A stretch of 14,368 nucleotides of DNA from a virus. Its lineage: Duplodnaviria > Heunggongvirae > Uroviricota > Caudoviricetes. Below are positions 8,668-14,368 of this stretch, in pieces. The stretch is taken from IMG/VR virus record IMGVR_UViG_2541047946_000011, one strand, 5' to 3'. Position 1 is the first letter of the stretch. Each line of letters begins with the position of its first letter. The notes beneath the pieces were generated by a model. The model saw nothing but the letters and a program-made list of their open reading frames with translations, did not search any database and was not told where the DNA came from. Made by a program: the position numbers and the translations under genes.

Positions 8668-8693
8668 CGGCGCTTGCGTCTAAATAATATTAA

Positions 8694-8716
8694 GGGGCCG
8701 AGCGCCCCGTTTTATT
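8694..8716 (+). terminator. Putative intrinsic terminator after the reconstructed tail-fiber gene
   Basis: GGGGC (8694-8698), loop CGAGC, GCCCC (8704-8708), then GTTTTATT. Lies directly after the TAA at 8685-8687. Confidence 0.5.
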
Positions 8717-8723
8717 GGGTAGG

Positions 8724-9017
8724 ATGAAAATGGATATAACACCTTTCCTTCATGCGCTTTGTGCTGTGGCTGCGCAGCTACTGATTGGTCTTTTTACCGG
8801 AAACTGGGCTTACGGGGCGATAGCCGGTTGTACGTTCTTCATTGCGCGTGAACACACCCAGGCAGAATATCGCTGGATTGAAATGTTCGGGCATGGCAAG
8901 CGTATGAATATGCCGTGGTGGGGCGGTTTTGATCCTCGTGCATGGGATGTGGCTAGCCTGATGGATTTTGCTGTGCCGGTGGTGGCGTGTCTGCTGGTCT
9001 GGCTGTTGATCCGTTAA
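8724..9017 (+). CDS. Small hypothetical membrane protein (two predicted hydrophobic helices), b-region cargo gene
   Basis: Track ORF 8715-9017; likely start ATG at 8724 or 8730, with AGGA at 8721-8724. Hydrophobic stretches FLHALCAVAAQLLIGLFTG and FAVPVVACLLVWLLI. Function not recognised. Confidence 0.5.
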   Translation: MKMDITPFLHALCAVAAQLLIGLFTGNWAYGAIAGCTFFIAREHTQAEYRWIEMFGHGKRMNMPWWGGFDPRAWDVASLMDFAVPVVACLLVWLLIR

Positions 9018-9057
9018 ACATAAAAAGCTGCAGTATCTTGCCATGACAAGTTACTGC
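9018..9057 (-). terminator. Hairpin with T-run on the minus strand (putative terminator closing the minus-strand cargo genes; convergent with the 8724-9017 gene)
   Basis: GCAGTATCTTG (9030-9040), loop CCATGA, CAAGTTACTGC (9047-9057): an 11-bp stem with one mismatch. On the minus strand the hairpin is followed by AGCTTTTTATGTTT. Confidence 0.45.
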
Positions 9058-9199
9058 GGATGGCTGGTGAACTTCCGATAGTGCGGGTGTTGAATGATTT
9101 CCAGTTGCTACCGATTTTACATATTTTTTGCATGAGAGGATTTGCACCTCCTCCCACCGATCCTCCATGACTTTACGCCACTGTCTCTATGGCTGCTAT

Positions 9200-9214
9200 G
9201 TGCCAGAAGCGGAC
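9200..9214. repeat. 15-bp direct repeat GTGCCAGAAGCGGAC, copy 1 (flanks the 271-aa gene)
   Basis: Exact 15-mer also at 10253-10267; the flanking bases are partially similar (TTCATTAGAT vs ATTACTAAGAT). Confidence 0.7.
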
Positions 9215-9262
9215 TTCATTAGATTCTTTGTTTTTTGTGTTAATATACTTACAATCCCATCA

Positions 9263-10078
9263 TCAACTAACAACCCAATCATCAGATAATATATCACTGA
9301 TATTGAAAATATAGGTATGGTTATTTTTACCATCTGAAATGACGATTTTTTTTAAGTTGAATCTTTCTGATATGATATGCGTTGCAAATTGTGGGATTAT
9401 TAAAAACAAAGCCTCTACCTTACTGATTAATTCAATGTTGACTTTAGGTCTGAAGTTTGCATCATGAACCACTTTGTGCCTAATGTAAAATGCTTCCTCT
9501 ATGAGGGCTCTCCAGTCTGGAAATATATTTTCTATCGATAAACCTTGGGAAATTTGGCCACTCAGACCGCAAGGAGATATATTAGTTGTACATATGTAGT
9601 TTAAAAAACTCTCACCCCACATGCCATTATATGCTTCTTCAAGGTCGTTTAAGTTTTGAAAGTTAAAGCTTTTACTCAATAACTCTGATAGATTTATCTC
9701 AGTGTTTATATTGATAGATGTTTCTGTTCTCATTTTAGATAGTAGTGTTGTAATTCTAGATTCATCAACTGAATGCACGAAAACAAAAACGTCTCTAAAA
9801 TATGTTTCCCAGCAACTGATTAGAAATACAAAATATTGTCGATATGCTGTTTTATAAATATCTATTTTCTTATCTTTCGTTGAAATAAGTGAATGCATAA
9901 GTCGACAATTTTCTGCAAAATTTAGTAGGAAAGACATTGAGAAGTCTTCTATAGCTCCTCTTGATTCGCGAAGAGATAGCAATTCATCAATAATTTTTTT
10001 ATTGATTTTCCTAATCTTTTTCAATTGCATGCCTCGTTTTTGCTTAAGTAAAGTTGATTTTGGAGTTTCGTCAATCAT
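9263..10078 (-). CDS. Hypothetical 271-aa protein, strongly AT-rich; HEPN-like Rx4H motif (possible Abi-like RNase)
   Basis: Long minus-strand ORF, visibly lower GC than its neighbours, Lys/Ile/Asn-rich. Contains ...EEAFYIRHKVVHDANF... (R-x4-H) in the C-terminal half. No other family recognised by eye. Confidence 0.6.
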   Translation of the reverse strand: MIDETPKSTLLKQKRGMQLKKIRKINKKIIDELLSLRESRGAIEDFSMSFLLNFAENCRLMHSLISTKDKKIDIYKTAYRQYFVFLISCWETYFRDVFVFVHSVDESRITTLLSKMRTETSININTEINLSELLSKSFNFQNLNDLEEAYNGMWGESFLNYICTTNISPCGLSGQISQGLSIENIFPDWRALIEEAFYIRHKVVHDANFRPKVNIELISKVEALFLIIPQFATHIISERFNLKKIVISDGKNNHTYIFNISDILSDDWVVS

Positions 10079-10252
10079 GTTATCTTATTAGATTTAAAGA
10101 TAAAGTCACTTTTTGCATAAGCTTTGCGACAAAGATAGCTTTAATGAAAGGCCTTATAGAGCTACTTGGCCATAAAAATTTTTACGATGAATTCGAATTC
10201 AGCGTCCGCTCCTCGCTTAAAGCTGTCCTTGGGCCTAACCTACGATAGCTTC

Positions 10253-10267
10253 GTGCCAGAAGCGGAC
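10253..10267. repeat. 15-bp direct repeat GTGCCAGAAGCGGAC, copy 2
   Basis: Exact copy of 9200-9214, lying inside the 476-bp gap between the 374-aa and 271-aa genes. Confidence 0.7.
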
Positions 10268-10554
10268 ATTACTAAGATAGTAACGTATCAAACGGTGGGA
10301 CAAGTCATGCCAAGTGCGGAAGTGGCTAACAACCATCTGTGTTGTTTAACGGGGAACAGGTCATTCCATTGACCCGATCATTTATGTTGCGCTGACGCTT
10401 AGGTGATAAAAAGCCGCCTATGCCCGTCTATCTTTGGGGATCCGCAATGAAGTTGATTGTGAGGTTATTAGGCTAGGTCTTCTCATTTATAAGTTGTTGA
10501 AGTAGCAACGAATTATCGAGCGATTTATCCCGATTAAATGTCTCACTATTACTC

Positions 10555-11679
10555 TTAATCGGTAAATTCATAGTTTGGCCGCATTGAGAAACGCCACAGA
10601 GGCAGGCCTCCCCCTTTGTAATCATCAGGGATGGTTACCGTGAAAAGTCTGACATTCTGCCGGGTGTCAACTGACCTGATCTGGCTGTCGTGTACAGTCT
10701 GCTCGTTAAAGGCCGACGTGACCAGCGAACTCAGCGTACCTATAAAGTCGAAACCCTGTCTTTTGTAATTTTCGTCGTCTTCCGGGGAAAATGTGTATCG
10801 GATGCTCTCAAGCTGACCATCAGTGAATATTGCCTCCGATCCGGGGCAGAGCCACTCTCCGTAGCGCATCAGATGAAACGCCGTGTTCATTTCAAATTTA
10901 TCCGTTACTTGTCTGTCATTGCAGTAAATTTTAATCTCGCCAATTGTAAAATGGGCGATGCCTTCGGGACTAACTGAAACTTCTTTGGTCCGGTCGGGGA
11001 TAAGCTCAAAAACCAGATCGGGTTCTGTTGCTATCGATAGGTCGCCCAGCAGGTACATCTCACTTTTTGCGAGCGCCGAGGCCGGCGTCAAGGTATGTTC
11101 ACGCTCTAGCTCCTTCATTGAGGAGCGTGCAACCAGCGCCCACCGGCGCAGCATCCTGATGTAGATGGCATAATAAACTGGAATACCATGGAGCTCACCG
11201 TACTTTTCAACCTTATCACTGTACGATTTCTTCAGGCGATAATCGTCAGCCACGTCATCCGCGTTAAAGTTTTTTACTTCCACAAAGATCTGACGGCGAT
11301 CCTTCAGTATAATGCGATAGTCAGGTGCCACCAGATCGGGATCGGCTGACATCAAGTCTCCGGCGTCTTCCTGTTTAAGAAACTGGCAGTGGTTCAGTGC
11401 GGCGCAAACGTGTTTAAATAGGTTTTCTATTCTTTTCCCGTTCAGCAGAATTGGATTCTGATGGGAAGCGATTAATGACGTGGTGACCTTTTGTATAAAG
11501 TCATCCTGGTGCTCGGGGTTTTTAATATCGTAATTATAGATCTGGCCCAACGAGGAAAAAAGCTCAAAGGCTTCAAATCGTTCGGGATTCCTCTTGATTC
11601 TTTCCATTAATGACTCCGCAGCTAATAAATACAACGAAATGAGATCACTTGTTTCTCTGAAGTTACCTGAAAACTGCAT
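10555..11679 (-). CDS. Hypothetical 374-aa protein with a PD-(D/E)xK nuclease-like motif (candidate defense effector)
   Basis: Minus-strand ORF starting 69 bp downstream of the FRG gene stop. Contains ...LVAPDYRIILKDRRQIFVEVKNFNADD..., i.e. a D in a hydrophobic strand followed 15 residues later by E-V-K, the spacing and context of restriction-endonuclease-fold active sites. No strong Shine-Dalgarno before the first ATG, so the start is uncertain. Confidence 0.7.
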   Translation of the reverse strand: MQFSGNFRETSDLISLYLLAAESLMERIKRNPERFEAFELFSSLGQIYNYDIKNPEHQDDFIQKVTTSLIASHQNPILLNGKRIENLFKHVCAALNHCQFLKQEDAGDLMSADPDLVAPDYRIILKDRRQIFVEVKNFNADDVADDYRLKKSYSDKVEKYGELHGIPVYYAIYIRMLRRWALVARSSMKELEREHTLTPASALAKSEMYLLGDLSIATEPDLVFELIPDRTKEVSVSPEGIAHFTIGEIKIYCNDRQVTDKFEMNTAFHLMRYGEWLCPGSEAIFTDGQLESIRYTFSPEDDENYKRQGFDFIGTLSSLVTSAFNEQTVHDSQIRSVDTRQNVRLFTVTIPDDYKGGGLPLWRFSMRPNYEFTD

Positions 11680-11748
11680 TCTGCACGGCGATTAAAGCGG
11701 CTATGGGCCCACGCTGGCACACAGGCGTGCCGTGCGACTAAAGCGCTA

Positions 11749-13119
11749 TCAGATTCGTCCATCGTATAGTTTTGCAATTTCCGTAGCAGCCTTCTCAATG
11801 CCGGGGTACACCGTGCTTTCGTTAATGCCAAGGCGGCTCAGTTGCTGCATCAGATGCTCTTTGTTTCTAATAACAAGCTTTTTGATGTTCAGCGTACTGA
11901 GTCCCGTTTCCGGTAGGTCTACGTTTTCACCAAAGAGCAGGAAAGCGCCTGATTGGGACGAAATACGTGCGTTACTGAGCCTACCTTTGACCACAACAAT
12001 TTTACTTAGGTGGACCGGATCGATGATGCTTTTGAAATAGGACTTTTCATCGCGGATCAGGTGTAGTAGTTGTCCGCACTCTTCAGATTCGTTAAACGCC
12101 GGAATGGTGAGATTAGTTTTCAGGCTGCTTTTGAAACGAGAGGGAAGACGGGAAAGATTGGCTATGCAACTTACGGTATCCGAGTCGAAAAACTTAATTT
12201 CACTTTTGGGCGTCGTCAGAATAATGACGTTCCCGTCAATTTCATGATTATTTTCATCGTGCTTGATTTTAGAGCAGGCAAAATATAGTGCGATCAAGGG
12301 GTTTGTTGATACATCAAGCAGGCGTGTGGGTAGGCCATAGTGTTGCATGCGCACGAGTTTATCTAGCATATACCGATCGTCTTTGAACTCGGCGGGCTGC
12401 ACGGTCAGCAGCTCTGTTATCATGTCCGATTCGTGATGGCGGTAGCGATAGTTACCCTGAGTATCCTTGCGGAACAGTGAGGGTTCCAGTTGGTAGCTGA
12501 TGTCCGAGTGACCGCGGTAAAATACCTCTTCATCGTTTCCCTGTGTATGATCGAGTATCACCTGCAAGTACTGATTGATATTCGCAATGATCTCTAGTTC
12601 TTCATTATTCTCCGGTGCTTCCGCACTCGCTGTTGCGGGCTCAACATTAGAATAGCCTTCAAGGCCTAAAACACGCAGAATCTCATTTACGGAAATCTCT
12701 TTGACCGCCCAGAACGTTCTGTTTAGTCCGAAACTGCCCAGCTCCAGCTCACTTACGTACTCTTTATCGCTGGTTAAGGGCTTGTAGCCGATATCACTGG
12801 TAATCTCATAATCAAACGCTAAAACTTTTTCTCTGTTATACACGGACGTACTTATCTTGCTGATTTTTCCTAAGCGGATGTGGCTGAAATAACCTATTTT
12901 TTCATTATCTTCATCGAATTCAATTTCCGGCTCGGACATAAATACAACGGGCAGTTCCTGAAGAAAATGATAGGTTTTTTCAGTCAGGGGAAGCAATCTG
13001 CTTCTAAGAGACTCTGGCGTGGATTCGAAGAGTCGCGACACAGGGAAAGAGTCATTGCCACTGGGTTCAGAAAAAAAAGTGTAGTATTTGGGGGTTCCGA
13101 CAACGATAAGATTCAGCAT
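11749..13119 (-). CDS. Hypothetical 456-aa protein with an FRG domain (candidate defense sensor/partner), first gene of the minus-strand pair
   Basis: Contains FYRGHSDISYQLEPSLFRK, ...MQHYGLPTRLLDVSTNPLIALYFAC and ...NARISSQSGAFLLFG, which match the FRG-domain hallmark motifs as I remember them. The N-terminal ~190 aa are unrecognised. GAGGA lies 8 nt upstream of the ATG at 13119. Confidence 0.75.
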   Translation of the reverse strand: MLNLIVVGTPKYYTFFSEPSGNDSFPVSRLFESTPESLRSRLLPLTEKTYHFLQELPVVFMSEPEIEFDEDNEKIGYFSHIRLGKISKISTSVYNREKVLAFDYEITSDIGYKPLTSDKEYVSELELGSFGLNRTFWAVKEISVNEILRVLGLEGYSNVEPATASAEAPENNEELEIIANINQYLQVILDHTQGNDEEVFYRGHSDISYQLEPSLFRKDTQGNYRYRHHESDMITELLTVQPAEFKDDRYMLDKLVRMQHYGLPTRLLDVSTNPLIALYFACSKIKHDENNHEIDGNVIILTTPKSEIKFFDSDTVSCIANLSRLPSRFKSSLKTNLTIPAFNESEECGQLLHLIRDEKSYFKSIIDPVHLSKIVVVKGRLSNARISSQSGAFLLFGENVDLPETGLSTLNIKKLVIRNKEHLMQQLSRLGINESTVYPGIEKAATEIAKLYDGRI

Positions 13120-13596
13120 ACTTGCGATCCTCGCATAAGTTAAGTTTCTCTCTCATCATGCCAGACTTGATAATTATTTAAACATCAGCGCTGCTATTTA
13201 TATTTCACACCTTTTTGATCCGAAACGACACTGCCATCGGTAAGCCCGGATGATACATTCTGAAAATTCATCAGAAAAATTTACATCACGCTTTACTCCT
13301 GACGTATATCAGCACTAACGTGCCATTGCGCACGCGCTAGCTATTTAGTAGCGCGTTTCGGCGAAAAGAGATTCGGTAGTCAATGACTATATTTCGCTCA
13401 TAACAGACATTCACTACAGTTGTGGCAGAAAGGTATGCATGCTGGGTGTGGGGAAGTCGTGAAAGAAAAGAAGACTGCTTCGCCGTTTGTCGTCACTGCT
13501 ATCTTCTTATTGCTTATGAAGGTCGTAGTGGGGCACACAAAGCTTTGCACTGGATTGCAAGGCGTTGTGCTTCTCTTGAGTGCGACATGTTTTTAT

Positions 13597-13640
13597 GTCA
13601 AAAAATTAGCGCAAGAAGACAAAAAATCACCTTGCGCTAA
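13597..13640 (-). terminator. Lambda tI/sib-like hairpin terminator in the attR P-arm-proximal region
   Basis: Perfect 10-bp inverted repeat TTAGCGCAAG (13606-13615) / CTTGCGCTAA (13631-13640) with a 15-nt loop. On the minus strand it is followed by TTTTTTGAC. The surrounding sequence (GCGCTAATGCTCTGTTACAGGTCACTAAT...) matches my memory of the lambda sib/tI region. Confidence 0.6.
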
Positions 13641-13809
13641 TGCTCTGTTACAGGTCACTAATATCATCTAAGTAGTTGATTCATAGTGACTGCATATGTT
13701 GTGTTTTGGAGTATTATGCAGTCTATCATTTAGACTAAAACTCTCATAACACACTGATATTAATGATTTTTACTGTTTATCGTTCAGCTTTTTTATACTA
13801 ACTTGAGCG
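13641..13809 (+). other. attR (P arm, core, B'): lambda-type attachment site; core GCTTTTTTATACTAA at 13787-13801
   Basis: The P arm (CTGTTACAGGTCACTAATATCATCTAAGTAGTTGATTCATAGTGACTGCATATGTTGTGTT) closely matches the lambda attP P arm, including arm-type Int-site-like GGTCACTAAT and AGTGACTGCAT. The 15-bp core is identical to lambda. The right flank CTTGAGCGAAACG is the bacterial attB B' side. Confidence 0.85.
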
Positions 13810-13860
13810 AAACGGGAAGGTAAAAAGACAAAAAGTTGTTTTTAATACCTTTAAGTGATA

Positions 13861-13883
13861 CCAGATGGCATTGCGCCATCTGG
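13861..13883 (-). terminator. Perfect 9-bp stem hairpin downstream of ybhB (possible weak terminator or structural element)
   Basis: CCAGATGGC (13861-13869), loop ATTGC, GCCATCTGG (13875-13883). No clean T-run directly after it on either strand, so terminator function is uncertain. Confidence 0.3.
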
Positions 13884-13891
13884 CAGAGTGA

Positions 13892-14368
13892 TTAACTAAA
13901 CATCGCAGTAATCGAGGCGCTTGCCAGAGAGTGGAAATGAACGTTAAACCCGACCATCGCGCCGCTGGCACCTTCATCGACATCAATACGTTCTATATCC
14001 AGCGCGTGAACGGTAAAAATGTAGCGATGAGTTTCGCCTTTCGGCGGTGCTGCGCCATCGTACCCGGTTTTACCAAAGTCGGTACGCGTCTGCAAAACGC
14101 CGTCTGGCATTGCTACCAGACCAGAGCCAAACCCTTGCGGTAATACGCGGGTATCAGCGGGTAAGTTAACAACTACCCAGTGCCACCAGCCGGAGCCGGT
14201 TGGCGCATCCGGGTCGTAGCAGGTGACAACAAAACTTTTCGTTCCCGCAGGAACATCATCCCACGCCAGATGCGGTGAAATATTATCGCCATCGTAACCC
14301 ATGCCGTTAAAGACATGACGATGCGGCAATTTATCGCCATCGCGCAGATCGTTACTGATGAGTTTCAT
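13892..14368 (-). CDS. ybhB: PEBP-family protein YbhB (UPF0098 / kinase-inhibitor-like), host chromosomal gene next to attB-lambda
   Basis: Complete 158-aa minus-strand ORF (MKLISNDLRDGDKLPHRHVFNGMGYDGDNISPHLAWDDVPAGTKSFVVTCYDPDAPTGSGWWHWVVVNLPADTR...). Its start codon is the last three bases of the window. Recognised as E. coli YbhB, whose chromosomal position beside the lambda attachment site agrees with the attR call. Confidence 0.85.
   Translation of the reverse strand: MKLISNDLRDGDKLPHRHVFNGMGYDGDNISPHLAWDDVPAGTKSFVVTCYDPDAPTGSGWWHWVVVNLPADTRVLPQGFGSGLVAMPDGVLQTRTDFGKTGYDGAAPPKGETHRYIFTVHALDIERIDVDEGASGAMVGFNVHFHSLASASITAMFS

Larger units (their letters stand above)
3771..8687 (+). pseudogene. 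Second tail fiber / tailspike-like gene with C-terminal intramolecular chaperone (peptidase S74-like) domain, disrupted by IS2 and by an IS66-family element
   Basis: Native segments are 3771-4446, 5783-6127 and 8668-8687. Removing each IS plus one copy of its target duplication gives a continuous 1041-nt ORF (346 aa). The IS2 junction rebuilds ...AFNQ-TSDRDLKDNIQVIDNATNRI..., followed by GVIAQEALEAIPESV...YYTVDYSGVTGLLVQVARE...ITALEEENAELRQRLSAIE, which matches my memory of the chaperone-of-endosialidase domain consensus. ATG at 3771 has GGAG 7 nt upstream. In its present state the 5' part runs into IS2 (track ORF 3771-4496) and the middle part is track ORF 5815-6198. Confidence 0.75.

Noticed and set aside
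10054-10372. Short plus-strand ORFs (64 and 68 aa) in the gap between the 374-aa and 271-aa genes
   Set aside because: No RBS, no motif, and they overlap the repeat and palindromic elements; more likely non-coding regulatory DNA.
9263-13119. Treating all three minus-strand genes as one three-component system
   Set aside because: The 271-aa gene differs sharply in base composition, is separated by a 476-bp gap and is bracketed by its own direct repeats, so an independent module seems more likely. A functional link is not excluded; it is reported separately.
13420-13671. Plus-strand ORFs of 83 and 72 aa near the att site
   Set aside because: They overlap the conserved tI/sib hairpin and att P arm, which are functional non-coding DNA, and have no RBS or recognisable product.
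13931-14143. 70-aa plus-strand ORF inside ybhB
   Set aside because: Antisense to the well-recognised ybhB coding sequence; a chance open frame.
1-14368. CRISPR array, tRNA or rRNA genes
   Set aside because: No regularly spaced short direct repeats with unique spacers and no tRNA- or rRNA-like conserved segments were seen. The only tandem repeats are protein-coding (stf) and the only dispersed repeats are the IS target duplications and the 15-bp pair.

Overview
This window is the right-hand end of a lambda-like prophage integrated at the E. coli lambda attachment site, followed by the host gene ybhB. From left to right: the 3' end of the tail-tip gene J, a hairpin terminator (no lom gene), a side tail fiber gene (stf-like) with a tandem-repeat central region and a divergent AT-rich C-terminus, a small translationally coupled ORF, and a second tail-fiber gene that has been broken twice, by a complete IS2 (5-bp target duplication CCAGA) and a complete IS66-family element (8-bp duplication AATTGAGG). 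Removing both insertions in silico restores one in-frame 346-aa protein with a C-terminal intramolecular-chaperone (S74-like) domain. The accessory 'b region' between the tail fibers and attR carries cargo: a small putative membrane protein, then three minus-strand genes. Two of these form a tight pair, a 456-aa FRG-domain protein followed by a 374-aa protein with a PD-(D/E)xK nuclease motif, which I consider the best candidate for an undescribed anti-phage defense module. The third is an AT-rich 271-aa protein with an HEPN-like Rx4H motif, bracketed by a perfect 15-bp direct repeat. A conserved lambda-type tI/sib hairpin and the attR P arm and core (GCTTTTTTATACTAA) mark the prophage boundary. 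No rRNA, tRNA or CRISPR array was seen. All homology statements come from reading the translations and from memory of the protein families; no database search was run.
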